Source of the DNA: an uncultured bacterium
Lineage (GTDB): Bacteria > Desulfobacterota_D > UBA1144 > Nemesobacterales > UBA2774
Reading direction: 5' to 3'
NCBI GenBank assembly: GCA_963825135.1
Contig: CAWGRW010000009.1
Span: forward strand, 2,506,443-2,570,442
Length of the DNA stretch: 64,000 bases
Part shown: positions 24,032 to 35,490 of the stretch, in pieces
Layout of the letters: the number at the start of each line of letters is the position of its first letter
Numbering within the stretch: position 1 is the stretch's first letter
The notes under the pieces: model-generated
The model's input: the letters and a program-made list of their open reading frames with translations, nothing else
Database searches by the model: none
What the model was told of the DNA's origin: nothing
Made by a program: the position numbers and the translations under genes

Positions 24032-25009
24032 CTAAATGGTAACCTCGTCCGCCCGCCAGCACGCGGAGTAGTGTTCCCGCGCGCGCTCCGCGAGCGGGGG
24101 CTCCTCTCTCCTGCATTTGTCTATTACGAGCGGACACCTGTCCTGGAACCTGCACCCGACGGGGAAGCTGTCCGGGCTCGGCACAGTGCCGGGAATGGCG
24201 TCGAGCCTTGCCTTACTCTCCCTGAGATCGGGTATGGAGTTTAGGAGCCCGACCGTATAAGGGTGCTTCGGATTCTTGAACAGCTCCATGGTAACCGCGT
24301 GCTCGACCACCTTCCCCGCGTACATCACGTACACGGTGTCGGCCACCTCTGCGATTATCCCGAGGTCGTGAGTTATGAGGAGGACCGCCATCCCCATCTT
24401 GACCCTGATGTCGTCTATGAGCTCGAGGATCCCCGCCTGTATCGTGACGTCGAGAGCCGTCGTGGGCTCGTCCGCGATGAGCACTTCGGGGCCGCAGGCA
24501 AGAGCCATGGCTATCATGACCCTCTGCGACATCCCTCCCGACAGCTCGTGCGGGTAGTTTTTGACCCTGCTCTCGGGGTCCGGTATCCCCACGAGCCTGA
24601 GCAGTGCGACTACCCTTTCTTTCTCTTCCTTCCTTGAAATGTTTAAATGAGTCCTGAGCGCCTCCCCCACCTGGTCCCCTACGGTGAAGACCGGGTTAAG
24701 GGAGCTTATGGGCTCCTGGAATATCATGGAAATCCTGTTTCCCCGGAGCGCGCGCATGTCCCTCTCCGTGTAATCGAGTATATTGGCGCCGTCGAACAAT
24801 ATCTCGCCCCCATCTATCCTGCCCGGGGGCTCGGGGATGAGGCGCATTACCGAAAGCGCCGTGACGGTCTTGCCGCAGCCGCTCTCCCCGACGACGCCTA
24901 CGATCTTGCCCTGCGGTATCCTGAGGGTCACGCCGCTTACGACCTCCACCCTCGTCCCCTCGCTTGCGAACGATACCCTCAAATCCTTTATCTCGAGCGC
25001 GTTATCCAT
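24032..25009 (-). CDS. Peptide ABC transporter ATP-binding protein (OppD/DppD-like)
   Basis: [16 protein letters not shown] and DEPTTALD. Confidence 0.93.
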   Translation of the reverse strand: MDNALEIKDLRVSFASEGTRVEVVSGVTLRIPQGKIVGVVGESGCGKTVTALSVMRLIPEPPGRIDGGEILFDGANILDYTERDMRALRGNRISMIFQEPISSLNPVFTVGDQVGEALRTHLNISRKEEKERVVALLRLVGIPDPESRVKNYPHELSGGMSQRVMIAMALACGPEVLIADEPTTALDVTIQAGILELIDDIRVKMGMAVLLITHDLGIIAEVADTVYVMYAGKVVEHAVTMELFKNPKHPYTVGLLNSIPDLRESKARLDAIPGTVPSPDSFPVGCRFQDRCPLVIDKCRREEPPLAERAREHYSACWRADEVTI

Positions 25010-25033
25010 GTCCGTGTCTTCGTTCTCTTCCCG

Positions 25034-26038
25034 TCATTGGTTACCCGTAAATTTGGGGTCTATCGCGTTCCTGAAACCCTCTCCCAGGAGGTTGAAAGCG
25101 GTCACCGTTAGAAATATAGCCGCGCCCGGAAATAGGACAAGCCACCACGCGAAATCCACGTACCTCTGGGACTGAGAGAGCACGTCCCCCCAGCTCGGGT
25201 CCGGAGGGGGCACGCCGAACCCCAGAAAGCTGAGCCCGGATTCGACAAGTATCGCCCCTGCAATCCCGAATGTAGAGTCCACGAGCACGGGGGCGAGCCC
25301 GTTCGGAAGCATGTGCTTCATCATGACCCTCAGGTCGCTGCCGCCTAACGCGACCGCCGCCTCGACGTATTCGTATTTCCGGAGCTTTAAGAACTCTCCC
25401 CTTATCAGACGCGCCACGCCCGTCCAGCTGGTGGCCCCTATCACTATCATTATGTTATATATGCTCGGGTCTCTGAAAGCGAGTATGGTCAGTATGAGGA
25501 AAAACACCGGGAACGTCATCATCACCTCGAAGAGGCGCGATACTATAAAATCTGTCGTCCCCCCGTAAAAACCTGCGATGCCGCCCAGTATTATTCCGAT
25601 TACCGCCGATATGCCGACCGCTATGAACCCTATCGAGAGCGATATCCGCGCCCCGTAAATCATCCTGGACAGAACGTCCCTCCCCCTGTCGTCCGTGCCG
25701 AAGAGGTGCTCGCCCGAGGGCGGGTCCAGTATGGCCATGAGGTTATTTTCCGTGGGGCTGTATCTGACCGGCGGGAACACTGCGAAGTCCCCGGGCGCGA
25801 GCTTTTTGTCGAGGTCCTTAAAATCCGTCTCGAAGAACTCACTGTAGCGAAAGAGCACCGGGAAATAATAATGACCCTCGTACCTGAGCACTATGGGCTT
25901 GTTTCCGGCGAGAAAGCTCTCGAATACGGCTACGAATACCAATAGAAGTATAACGATAAGGGCTCCCAGCGCCATCCTGTCCCTTTTGAATTTCCTCCAG
26001 ACGCTCCCCCAGTATCCGACGCTCTTTTTCTCCGTCAC
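25034..26038 (-). CDS. Peptide ABC transporter permease (OppC/DppC-like)
   Basis: HLFGTDDRGRD, EYVEAAVALG and LSFLGFG. Confidence 0.92.
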   Translation of the reverse strand: MTEKKSVGYWGSVWRKFKRDRMALGALIVILLLVFVAVFESFLAGNKPIVLRYEGHYYFPVLFRYSEFFETDFKDLDKKLAPGDFAVFPPVRYSPTENNLMAILDPPSGEHLFGTDDRGRDVLSRMIYGARISLSIGFIAVGISAVIGIILGGIAGFYGGTTDFIVSRLFEVMMTFPVFFLILTILAFRDPSIYNIMIVIGATSWTGVARLIRGEFLKLRKYEYVEAAVALGGSDLRVMMKHMLPNGLAPVLVDSTFGIAGAILVESGLSFLGFGVPPPDPSWGDVLSQSQRYVDFAWWLVLFPGAAIFLTVTAFNLLGEGFRNAIDPKFTGNQ

Positions 26039-27036
26039 CTTCTGCCCTCGAAGCTGATCCTCGGGTCGATGAGCACGTAAACGAGGTCAGATATAAGGAT
26101 TCCGATAAGGGTTAGGAAAGCGGATATGGTGGCGATAGCCATAATCATCGGATAGTCGCGGGCGAGCACGGACTCGAACCCGAGCTGCCCTATGCCGGGT
26201 ATGGAGAAGATGGTCTCGATTATGACGCTCCCGCCTATCATGGCGGGGAGTATCCCGGCCAGTATCGTGATAATCGGTATGAGCGCGTTCCTGAGCGCGT
26301 GCTTGAGGAGCACCTTGGACCGCGGCAGCCCCTTGGCGGTGGCCGTCCTCACGAAATCCTCCCTGAGGACCTCCATCAGGCTCCCCTTCTGGAACCTCGA
26401 AAGGTAAGCGAGGCTCCCGTACGTGAGGCAGAACACGGGCAGCACTATGTGCCAGAGGAAATTCGCCGCTTTCTCTATGAATGGGTAGTTCTCCGCCCCC
26501 GGCGAGAGAATTCCGTAAACGGGGAAGACGTTCCAGTACTCGCCCCCGCCCAGAAAGAATATAAGTATCATGGCCATCCAGAAGCTCGGGATCGAGTAGA
26601 GTATGAAGAGGAAGAACGTGCTCGCCCTTTCTCCGGGGCTCCCGTGCCTTACGGCGGAATACACCCCTACCGGTATGGCGATTATATATATGAGGAAGAT
26701 CGATATTACGTTGAGCGTAATCGTGATGGGCAGCCGCTCGGCAATTTTGTCTATGACGGGGCGGTGGTCCTTATACGACCGGCCGAAGTCAAGCGTGACA
26801 ATCTGCTTGAGCCATATCCCGTAGCGGATGTATATCGGCTTGTCGAGGCCGTAGAGCTTCTTCGTCTCCTCGACTATCTCCTTCGTTATGGCCTCGGATT
26901 TTATCCCCTCGTCCAGCTGGAGCTTCCTTTCGACGGGGTTTCCGGGGGCGAGCTGTATTATAAAGAAGGTGATTACCGTTATGCCCAGCATTGTGGGAAT
27001 AAGGAGCAGGAGCCGCTTTATGATGTAGTCTCTCAT
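26035..27036 (-). CDS. Peptide ABC transporter permease (OppB/DppB-like)
   Basis: DFGRSY, TATAKGL, HALRNAL and ETIFSIPGIG. Confidence 0.92.
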   Translation of the reverse strand: MRDYIIKRLLLLIPTMLGITVITFFIIQLAPGNPVERKLQLDEGIKSEAITKEIVEETKKLYGLDKPIYIRYGIWLKQIVTLDFGRSYKDHRPVIDKIAERLPITITLNVISIFLIYIIAIPVGVYSAVRHGSPGERASTFFLFILYSIPSFWMAMILIFFLGGGEYWNVFPVYGILSPGAENYPFIEKAANFLWHIVLPVFCLTYGSLAYLSRFQKGSLMEVLREDFVRTATAKGLPRSKVLLKHALRNALIPIITILAGILPAMIGGSVIIETIFSIPGIGQLGFESVLARDYPMIMAIATISAFLTLIGILISDLVYVLIDPRISFEGRR

Positions 27037-27191
27037 GTCCGGGTCAAAGGGAATTATATGCGGTTATCGGGAAAATATTAAGCGCGGAATATAAAACGGC
27101 GCCCGAAGTCCCCGCCCGGCTTAAAATTATACGGGTATTCGGGAATGAATCTCCTCTCAACTGCAGGCGGTTCAGCAGTCCGTTCCCTGCG

Positions 27192-28865
27192 TCACTCCGT
27201 ATATTTCTGAAGCCCTTGAGGCACGTACCATTCCAGGGGGTCTACGCCCAGGGGATAGACTATGACGTTCTCGAACCGTTTGGCGACGGCGACGGTCGCC
27301 TTTCTGCAGAAGAGGAACGTATAGGGCTGCTCGTCGTTTACGATCTCCGAGAACTTTCTGTATAGCTCTATCCTCTTTCTGTCTGTCGAACTCCTGGCGC
27401 GCCTGCTCGATTAATCTGTCGGCCTCGGCGTTCTTGAACCCGACGAAGTTGGAGCCGCTCTCGGCCTGTGTCGAGCTCCATATCTGGTAGGGGTCCGACT
27501 CTACCCCCATCGACCAGGCGAGCGTCACGGCGTCGAACTTCCTTTCGTTTAACCTCATCGTGAATACGGCCCACTCGGTCTTGCGTATGTCCATCGCTAT
27601 CCCCACGTGGTCGAGCTCTTCCTTGAGAATTGTCGCTATCTTTTCTCCCGTCTCGGAGCCGCCGGGTATGAGGAATTCGAAAGCGAACTTTACGCCGTCC
27701 TTGTCCCTTATGCCGTCCCCGTCGTGGTCTGTCCATCCGGCCTCGTCGAGGAGTCTTTTGGCCTCCGCCGGGTCGTAGGAAATGGGCTTTATGTCCTTAT
27801 CGTACTCCGGGCTGTTGATGTAAAAGGGGTTCGTCACGACGGCCCCCAGGTTAAACATTATCTTCTCGAGGATGAGCTCCCGGTTTACCAGGTGCGTCAT
27901 CGCGGTCCTTACGCGCTTGTCCGAGAAAAAGGGCCTCGCCGAATTCCAACCTATGTAGCTGTAGTTGGGAGTGTAATAACTATACTTGTCGAAGTGCTTT
28001 TCAAAATCAGGGGAGCTTGTCTGCTTCTCCCATTGTATGGGGGTGAGGCTCGCGATGTCGAGCTCCTGCCGTTTCAGCACCTGGAGCGCGACCGAAGGGT
28101 CCGTGATTATCCTGAACACGATCTTATCGAGGTGAGGCTTTTTTCCCCAGTAGTCGTTGTTCTTCTCGAGCACCACTTCCCTGCCCGTAGTCCACTTGAC
28201 GAACCTGTACGGGCCCGTGCCCACCGGGGCCCTCCCCGCGGGATTGGTGTTGAAGTCCCCCTTCTCGAATATGTGCTTCGGCACTATGGGGATGCCGCCG
28301 CAGAATTCGAGCGCGAGGAAGTAGGGCCTCGCGTAAGTGAACTTGACCGTATGCTCGTTCAATCGGCCTCGACGTTCTTTATCTCCTGGTAGTAGCTCCT
28401 TAGCTGGGGGGCGTCGACCTTGGGGTCCATTATCGTCTTGTACGAGAACACTATGTCGTCAGCCGTGAAAGGGACGCCGTCCTGCCATTTTACGCCCTTT
28501 TTTATCGTGAACGTGTACGTGAGCTTGTCGTCCGATATGGTCCAGGACTCGGCCAGAAGCGGTTTCAATTCGAGGGATTTGTTGTCGCGCTTGACGAGGG
28601 TCTCGTAGATATTCCCGCCAGTGATTATCCCCTCGTACGCGTCCGTCGCCGTTATGGGGTTGAGCGTAGCGGGCTCCGCGCCCAGGTGGTAGATGAGCCA
28701 GTCGCCGTCGGCCGGCTCAGGCGCGGGGTTGTCCGGGGCTCCGGCGGATGTCTTTTTCTCCCCGGAGGCGGGTTCCGTCGCTTCATCCCGCGACTTGCAC
28801 GAGATCAGAGCGGATATCAGGGCTATAGAAAGGACGGCGAAGAGGAAAGTTCTTTTCAATTTCAT
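27192..28865 (-). CDS. Peptide ABC substrate-binding lipoprotein (SBP family 5), interrupted by frameshifts near 28361 and 27377
   Basis: Lipobox LISC, PLLAESW, KWQDG, GTGPY and RVRTAM. A third frame continues RIELYRKFSEIVNDEQPY... to TGA at 27192-27194. Confidence 0.88.
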
Positions 28866-28891
28866 CTCCTTATTTTGTACTCTTTCGTGAA

Positions 28892-29653
28892 TTAATCGTT
28901 GCCGGGTTTGTCGAGCTTCCTGAGAAGAGGTGTAATTAGGTCTATAGGAAGCGGGAATACTATCGTCGTGTTCTTTTCCGAGGACATTTCGAGCAGCGTC
29001 TGGAGATATCTCAGCTGTAAAGACATCGGATTACGGGACAGAATATCGGATGCGTCGGCGAGCCTGGTCGCGGCCTGGTATTCGCCCTCCGCGGAGATGA
29101 CCTTGGCCCGCCTCTCCCTCTCCGCCTCCGCCTGCTTGGCCATGGCGCGCTGCATCTCCTGGGGGAGGTCGACATACTTAACCTCTACGAGAGTGACTTT
29201 TATTCCCCAGGGGTCGGTATGCTTGTCGAGCACCTCCTGGAGCTTCATGTTGAGGGTCTCCCTCTCGGCCAGGAGCTCGTCGAGCTCCACCTGCCCGAGT
29301 ATGCTCCTTAGCGTGGTCTGCGCGAGCTGGGAGGTGGCGTAGAGGTAATTTTCAACCTGTATCACCGCCTTCACCGGGTCGACGACGCGGAAATATACGA
29401 CGGCGTTCACCTTGACCGAGACGTTGTCCTTCGTGATTATGTCCTGGGGCGGCACGTCCATCGTGATCACCCGGAGGCTTATCTTTATCATTTTATCCAC
29501 CATCGGGATTATCCACTTAAAGCCGGGCCCCTTGGGCTCTACTATCCTGCCCAGCCTGAATACCACGCCCCTCTCGTACTCGTTCAGTATTCTTACTCCG
29601 GACAGTATCAGCAGCACTAAAATTCCGACGAATATTATTAGCGGTGAAAACAT
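28892..29653 (-). CDS. SPFH/stomatin-like (slipin) protein
   Basis: [30 protein letters not shown] and LQLRYLQTL. Confidence 0.93.
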   Translation of the reverse strand: MFSPLIIFVGILVLLILSGVRILNEYERGVVFRLGRIVEPKGPGFKWIIPMVDKMIKISLRVITMDVPPQDIITKDNVSVKVNAVVYFRVVDPVKAVIQVENYLYATSQLAQTTLRSILGQVELDELLAERETLNMKLQEVLDKHTDPWGIKVTLVEVKYVDLPQEMQRAMAKQAEAERERRAKVISAEGEYQAATRLADASDILSRNPMSLQLRYLQTLLEMSSEKNTTIVFPLPIDLITPLLRKLDKPGND

Positions 29654-29676
29654 AATTACCTCCTCGGCAAATTGAT

Positions 29677-31095
29677 TCAGATCTTTTTTACTTTAAGCTT
29701 GAACCCCGAAAGCGCTTCCGTGACCCTGACCCTGTCCCCCTTTTGCACCGGCTCGTCGCTTACGGCGTCCCAGTATTCGCCGTCGATGAAGACCTTGCCC
29801 GCGGCGTGAATTTCCGAAACCGCGCCGCCCTCTTTCCCTACGAGCCCCTCGTACCCCATGCCGGGCGATAACCTCTGCGCCTTGATCAAATAGAATATCA
29901 CATATGCGAAGAAGAGTCCGAAGGCGAGCGTAGAGGCGATCACGGAATCAAACCCGACCCTCACATCGGACTCGGGGGTGTCGAAAAGAAGAAGAGCCCC
30001 GAGGGCGAAGCTTATGAGCCCGCCCAATATCAGCACGCCGTAGCTCGTGACGTAGATTTCGGCTATGAAGAGCGCTATGCCGAGGACGAGAAGCGCTATG
30101 CCCGCGTAGTTAAAAGGGAGTATCTGGAAAGAGACGAACCCCATGATCAGGCACACGGCCCCGGCGACTCCGGGGAAGACGAGGCCCGGGTGGTAGAATT
30201 CGAGGAGCAGGCCGAGCGAGCCCAGGGACAGGAGGAGGAACGCTATATCGGGAGTGCTCAGAATGTCGATGAGCCTCTGCTTGGCGTTCATCGGGATTCT
30301 CGATATTACGGCCCCTGTCGTGTGAAGCGTCTTTTCGGCGCCGGGCAGTTTCACCTCCCTTCCGTCTATATCTTTAACGAGGCCGTCGAGGTCGGGGGCG
30401 ATCAAGTCGATGACGTGCATCCTGAGCGCCTCGGTCGATGTGATGGAGGAGCTTTTCCTCACGGCCTGCTCCGCCCACTTCACGTTCCTGCCCCTCTCCT
30501 CGGCGATGCTTTCGATAAAGGACGAGGCGTAGTTCTCGAGCTTCTCCCCCATGATGTCCTTCGCCGGACCATCGCCAGGCGGATTGCCTGCTCTTTTAAC
30601 GGGCGTGTTATCCCCGCCGTTATTCCCTTCCTGTCCGTCCTTTCTGCCGGGCTCCTCTCCCGACGGTTCGAGCGAGACCGGGTGGGCCGCCCCTATGCTC
30701 GTGCCGGGGGCCATCGCGGCGATATTCGCCGAGAGCGTGATGAATACGCCCGCCGAGGTCGCGGAAGCCCCCTTGGGAGAGACGTAAACGACTACGGGGA
30801 CGGGGGAGTTGAGTATGAGTTTCACGATCTCCTTCGTGGAGTTGAGCAGCCCTCCGGGGGTGTCGAGGAGGATTATCAGCGCCTCCGCGGATTTTCCCTC
30901 CGCCTCGTCTATTCCCGTCCGGATGTAATCGAGCGCTGCGGGGTTGATCATTCCGTTTATTTCTATTACGACTATTCCGGGAGAGGGTTCTTTGCCCGCG
31001 GGCGCAGATTCGGCCAGCGGGTAGGCCTCATTAATGTTTATCGGCGACAGATAAAATGACAGTGTTATTAATATTAAGGGGATTAGCCTGATCAT
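29677..31095 (-). CDS. nfeD: NfeD family membrane-bound serine protease (long form)
   Basis: LDTPGG, SAG, GAAHP, TM region and C-terminal GEYWDA domain; paired with slipin. Confidence 0.9.
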   Translation of the reverse strand: MIRLIPLILITLSFYLSPININEAYPLAESAPAGKEPSPGIVVIEINGMINPAALDYIRTGIDEAEGKSAEALIILLDTPGGLLNSTKEIVKLILNSPVPVVVYVSPKGASATSAGVFITLSANIAAMAPGTSIGAAHPVSLEPSGEEPGRKDGQEGNNGGDNTPVKRAGNPPGDGPAKDIMGEKLENYASSFIESIAEERGRNVKWAEQAVRKSSSITSTEALRMHVIDLIAPDLDGLVKDIDGREVKLPGAEKTLHTTGAVISRIPMNAKQRLIDILSTPDIAFLLLSLGSLGLLLEFYHPGLVFPGVAGAVCLIMGFVSFQILPFNYAGIALLVLGIALFIAEIYVTSYGVLILGGLISFALGALLLFDTPESDVRVGFDSVIASTLAFGLFFAYVIFYLIKAQRLSPGMGYEGLVGKEGGAVSEIHAAGKVFIDGEYWDAVSDEPVQKGDRVRVTEALSGFKLKVKKI

Positions 31096-31231
31096 GCCCT
31101 CGCTCCCGGTTTAGTTTAGCCCCGCGGGCGGTAAACCGCAAGGAAAAGCCCCCGCCTGGGTGCGCGCCCGGGGCGGGGGGAAGGGTCGAAATAACCTTGT
31201 AATTCCGATACCTCTGATTATAATTCTCCCC

Positions 31232-31912
31232 ATGGCTACGAAAATTAAATACACGCGGAAAGAGCTCAAGGGCCCGGATAAGTTCAGCAGCACGGTCATC
31301 GCGGGCTTCGAATATTTTTCCGATCACTCGAAAAAAATAGTACTGGTGGTGGCGGCCGTGATCGTGGTGCTCGTCGCCGCTTACGCTATAAACCGTCACG
31401 GCGAAGGGAACCAGGACAAAGCGGCCATGATGTTCACGGGCGCGGTTGAAAAATATAACGCGGGAGATCTAAACGGGGCGGTCTCGGAGTTCCTTTCGTT
31501 AAAGAGCGCATACCCTGACGCCAAAATAACGAAAATCGCGCTCTACTACGCGGGGCTTATTAATTTCAAGCTCGGGAAATACGACGAGTCCATAAACGAG
31601 CTCGATGAATTTCTGAATTCCGGCGTCAAGGAAGACATGCTTAACCAGTCGGCGCTTCTGACCCAGGGGCTCGCGAGGTTCGAACAGGGCAACTGGCAGC
31701 AGGCGGTCGAGTTCCTTTCGCAATTCCAGAAAATGCCAGATGGACCTTTACGGGACCGGGCAAACGTCCATCTGGCCATGGCGTATGAAAAGATGGGGCA
31801 GCCGCAGAAGGCGAAAGAGATATACAGGGAGATGAATAAAGCCTCTTCCGGCATGAACCGCGGCCTGCCGCCGGTCAGCGTCAACACCTCTTCGGCAAAA
31901 AAACAGAACTAG
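31232..31912 (+). CDS. Single-TM tetratricopeptide repeat protein (YfgM-like)
   Basis: N-terminal RKELKGPDKF, one TM helix, TPR-like helical repeats; ATG at 31232. Confidence 0.7.
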   Translation: MATKIKYTRKELKGPDKFSSTVIAGFEYFSDHSKKIVLVVAAVIVVLVAAYAINRHGEGNQDKAAMMFTGAVEKYNAGDLNGAVSEFLSLKSAYPDAKITKIALYYAGLINFKLGKYDESINELDEFLNSGVKEDMLNQSALLTQGLARFEQGNWQQAVEFLSQFQKMPDGPLRDRANVHLAMAYEKMGQPQKAKEIYREMNKASSGMNRGLPPVSVNTSSAKKQN

Positions 31913-31949
31913 TTTCGGCTATTGCGACACGGGGGAACAGGGGTGAGGA

Positions 31950-33278
31950 TTATTGGACTTCCCTTACGACCTTCTCTGATATCCAGCCTTCTTTACCGTC
32001 TGACGCGACTATCTTTACCCACCTGCCCTTCTTTTCGCCGAGCCCCCTGAACACCTCTCCCTCTTTTACTATCGTAACGACTTCGCTGCCCATTCCGGGG
32101 CCGCTCCTGACGTTGGCCCCTACCCCGATGACCGTGTAATTTACGGAGGCTCCGGGCTGAGATGAAGCGGGTACGGTGGCGGGCTCTTTTGCCTGAGGAG
32201 GGATTGTAAAGGACTTATCCTTCACCGCGGCGGAGTCCGCGTCCGCAACTGTTTTCTCGTCTCCGGGCACGGCCGGCCGGATCAATTTAGAACTCTCTTT
32301 CGCTTTATCCCGGTCAGAATCGGCTGCTGCGGGGGCAGCCGGTTTTTCTTTCACCGCGGGAGGCGGAATCTTCGGCTTCGCGTTATTTAAGCTCACGGCG
32401 TTTGAAGATGTTTTTAAATCCACTACTGACACCTCCTCTACCCCCCACATTCTCATAAGCATATCGTAGAACAGCACCCCCACGATGATGCCGAGTATGA
32501 GGAGGCCCGCTCCCAGGATGTATGAATTCTTTATCTTCGCCTCTTTATCGGATTCTTCGGTAACGGCATTGGCAGTCGATTTTATCTCCGGCTTCGGCTT
32601 TGCGTCCTGCGCCTGCGCCGCGGGCCTCTGCGGCGGCTGCTTTTTCGGCTCGTCGGGTCCTATGTAATCGATATTCCTATCCCTGGGCTTCACCGTCTCA
32701 GTCTGATGCAGCGACGGCTTCACGTAATCGATCCTGGTTACGTCCCCCGGGGCTTCTCTTTCCTCGACGCTCGAGCCGTTTGATTCGGAAATGCGCGATA
32801 TCTCCTTCTGAAGCTCCCTCAGCTTGAGGTCGAGGTCCGTCTGGGACGCGCCCAGCTGGAGGTTGTACACCGAATAGACGGAATCGAGCCTGCCGAGATA
32901 TTCGTTCTTGTTTTTCTCAATCTCGGTGCTGATGTCGTCCAGGTAATCCCTTATCTCGCCTACTATGCCGGCCACGGAGGCGGGGCTGAGCTCGGTCTTT
33001 CCGGGAGGGGCGAAAAGGTCGTCAGGGCCCCTGACCGGGGCGGGCTCGCGGGACTTCCTCTCGATGTCGAGGAGCTTGATCGTAAAGCCGCTCAGGCCGA
33101 GTTTATATTTGTCGGTGAGGGCCTGAATAAACGTAATCTGCCCCTTGTAGAGCTCCTTTGACTGTGAAATAAGGTTAAGCGTCTTTATCAGGCGCAAGAG
33201 CTCAAGCTCAAAGTTGGCGGAAATCCTTTTAAGGCTCTCACGAGCTATACCGCTGTCAATATCCCCTTTCATTTTCAC
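31950..33278 (-). CDS. Membrane protein with helical N-terminus, Pro/Ala-rich linker and C-terminal SH3b domain
   Basis: Central TM segment (ILGAGLLILGIIVGVLF); C-terminal ANVRSGPG...WVKI...GWIS. Confidence 0.72.
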   Translation of the reverse strand: MKMKGDIDSGIARESLKRISANFELELLRLIKTLNLISQSKELYKGQITFIQALTDKYKLGLSGFTIKLLDIERKSREPAPVRGPDDLFAPPGKTELSPASVAGIVGEIRDYLDDISTEIEKNKNEYLGRLDSVYSVYNLQLGASQTDLDLKLRELQKEISRISESNGSSVEEREAPGDVTRIDYVKPSLHQTETVKPRDRNIDYIGPDEPKKQPPQRPAAQAQDAKPKPEIKSTANAVTEESDKEAKIKNSYILGAGLLILGIIVGVLFYDMLMRMWGVEEVSVVDLKTSSNAVSLNNAKPKIPPPAVKEKPAAPAAADSDRDKAKESSKLIRPAVPGDEKTVADADSAAVKDKSFTIPPQAKEPATVPASSQPGASVNYTVIGVGANVRSGPGMGSEVVTIVKEGEVFRGLGEKKGRWVKIVASDGKEGWISEKVVREVQ

Positions 33279-33469
33279 CCGTTTGACGTTTTAATCATAG
33301 TATATATGCACAAAGAATGGAATTGTAAATAATTTTTTATCTCCCCCTGCTCCTCCGGAGGGTTTACCGGAGGGCGCGGGCTTCGCCGTATTAACAGCCG
33401 GGGAGCCGGCCACGCGCTGACTATCGCGGATAATTTATCGTTTAATAATGGGGTATTAATAAGACCGGT

Positions 33470-33709
33470 TCAACAGGGTTTCATCTTCGATTTGAGAAGG
33501 ACCTTGAGCCTGTTTCTTATCTCCGGGGTCACGAACGATCTGTCCCCGAGCTTCCCGGCGAGCTCGAGCATCCTTTTATACGTATCGACGAACGCCCTGC
33601 ACTCGGGACACTCCCCGGCGTGCTTCTCGAGCTCTTCGAGGGTCTTCATGTCGAGCTCGTTATCGATGTAGCCCATGATATTCTCTACTAAGTCTTTACA
33701 CATGAACAT
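33470..33709 (-). CDS. zf-HC2 (ZAS) anti-sigma-factor-like protein
   Basis: C...YIDNEL...HAGECPEC (HxxxCxxC); GGGAG before the ATG at 33709. Confidence 0.82.
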   Translation of the reverse strand: MFMCKDLVENIMGYIDNELDMKTLEELEKHAGECPECRAFVDTYKRMLELAGKLGDRSFVTPEIRNRLKVLLKSKMKPC

Positions 33710-34092
33710 GCTGTGATTGTCTCCCGCCCGCGGGCGGATTTCAGATCCGCGCCGCGTCCCGCGCAGGTCCCCCGGACCGGGCGGCAAACCCTGGACGCCG
33801 CCAAGGCTTCCCTCGGCGCCATACGACATCTTAGATGTAAACTGCCGCGACTCGATTCAGCGCGCGCTTTCGCGCCGCGCTGCCGCTGAACCCTGATTAT
33901 ATACCCTGCGGTATATCATTGAAAGCCCGGAGTATATGGAAGCAGGGGGCGCGGGCTTCTATCGTGCGTGGATTGCAATTATAATTTTCTGTGTAAACTT
34001 GTAATTCAGGGCCGCCGCGCCGGGAGCGTACCGGCGCCTGGGCCCCTCGATAGAACGGCAATAAAATACGCCTGCTCCGGAGGGAGAAAATA

Positions 34093-35490
34093 ATGTTCCA
34101 GAAACCCGCGACCATCGGGGAGCTCAAGGCGAGCGAGTACAGGGTCCTCTCCGTAAGGGAGGAGATGAGGAAGAACCTCATCAGGATGCTGAGGGGCGGC
34201 GAGACCCCGTTCCCTGGCATAATCGGATACGAAGAAACCGTTATCCCCCAGGTGGAGACCGCCATACTCGCGGGGCACGACATCATCTTCATCGGGGAGA
34301 GGGGCCAGGCGAAATCCCGGCTCATCAGGGCCCTCACGAACCTCCTCGACGAGGAAGTGCCGATAATCAAGGGGGGCGAGCTCAACGACGACCCCTACGA
34401 CCCGATCACCAGATGCTGCAGGGACCTCGTACGGAAGTACGGGGACGACACGGAGATCGAATGGGTGGGGAGGGAGCACAGGTACAGCGAAAAGCTCGCC
34501 ACGCCCGACGTCTCGATCGCCGACCTCATTGGCGAGGTGGACCCTATCAAGGTCGCCGAGGGCAGGTACCTGTCCGACGAGCTCACGATACACTTCGGAC
34601 TCATACCCAGGACCAACAGGGGCATATTCGCCATAAACGAGCTTCCCGACCTGGTCGAGAAGGTGCAGGTCGGGCTCTTCAACATCATGGAGGAGAAGGA
34701 CATACAGGTAAAGGGCTACAAGGTCAGGCTCCCTCTCGACATATGCATCGTGGCTACGGCCAACCCGGAGGACTATACGAACAGGGGCAGGATAATCACC
34801 CCTCTCAAGGACAGGTTCCAGTCCCAGATAAGCACCCATTACCCGAAGACCCGGGAGACCGAGATAATCATAATGGAGCAGGAAGCCTTCGTGCCCGATA
34901 TAGACGGTATAACCCTCAGGGTGCCGAGGTTCATAAAGGAGATAATCGCCGAGATATCGTTTCAGGCGCGGGGTTCGGCGGACATCAACCAGCGCTCCGG
35001 CGTGAGCGTAAGGACGTCGATCGCGAACTACGAGAGCGTCATCGCGGCGGCGGAAAAGAGGGGGATAAGGCTCGGGGAGCGCGAGGTCGCGCCCAGGATA
35101 ACTGACTTCCCGTCTATCGTGCAGTCTACGAGCGGCAAGATAGAGCTCGAATACCTGGGGGACGACTCTTCGGAGGCGGCCGTGGTGGAAAAACTGATAA
35201 GGCGCTCCATCAAGACCGTCTTCGACGGCTATTTCCCCTCCCTCGACTTCATGTCGGAACTCATAAAGAGCTTCGAGCACGGCTACGTCGAGGTCGCCGA
35301 CGTTATGCCGTCCGAGGACTACATGATGGGGTTAAGAGAGATAAAGGGCCTCCAGGGCTGCGTCGACTCGCTCGGCGTAGCGGAATCTCCCGCCGAGATC
35401 GCGGCCGCCGTGGAATTCACGCTCGAAGGGCTCCACCTGAACAACAAGCTCAACAAGGAAAACGTCCGGGGAAAGATAATCTACAAATGA
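34093..35490 (+). CDS. AAA+ ATPase, Mg-chelatase-like (Rv0958-like)
   Basis: Walker A GERGQAKS, Walker B variant FAINELPDL, ATANPEDYTNRGR. Confidence 0.85.
   Translation: MFQKPATIGELKASEYRVLSVREEMRKNLIRMLRGGETPFPGIIGYEETVIPQVETAILAGHDIIFIGERGQAKSRLIRALTNLLDEEVPIIKGGELNDDPYDPITRCCRDLVRKYGDDTEIEWVGREHRYSEKLATPDVSIADLIGEVDPIKVAEGRYLSDELTIHFGLIPRTNRGIFAINELPDLVEKVQVGLFNIMEEKDIQVKGYKVRLPLDICIVATANPEDYTNRGRIITPLKDRFQSQISTHYPKTRETEIIIMEQEAFVPDIDGITLRVPRFIKEIIAEISFQARGSADINQRSGVSVRTSIANYESVIAAAEKRGIRLGEREVAPRITDFPSIVQSTSGKIELEYLGDDSSEAAVVEKLIRRSIKTVFDGYFPSLDFMSELIKSFEHGYVEVADVMPSEDYMMGLREIKGLQGCVDSLGVAESPAEIAAAVEFTLEGLHLNNKLNKENVRGKIIYK

Noticed and set aside
33710-34092. 6S RNA or riboswitch in the GC-rich divergent spacer
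   Set aside because: Hairpins are present but I could not match any family consensus; an Rfam scan would be needed.
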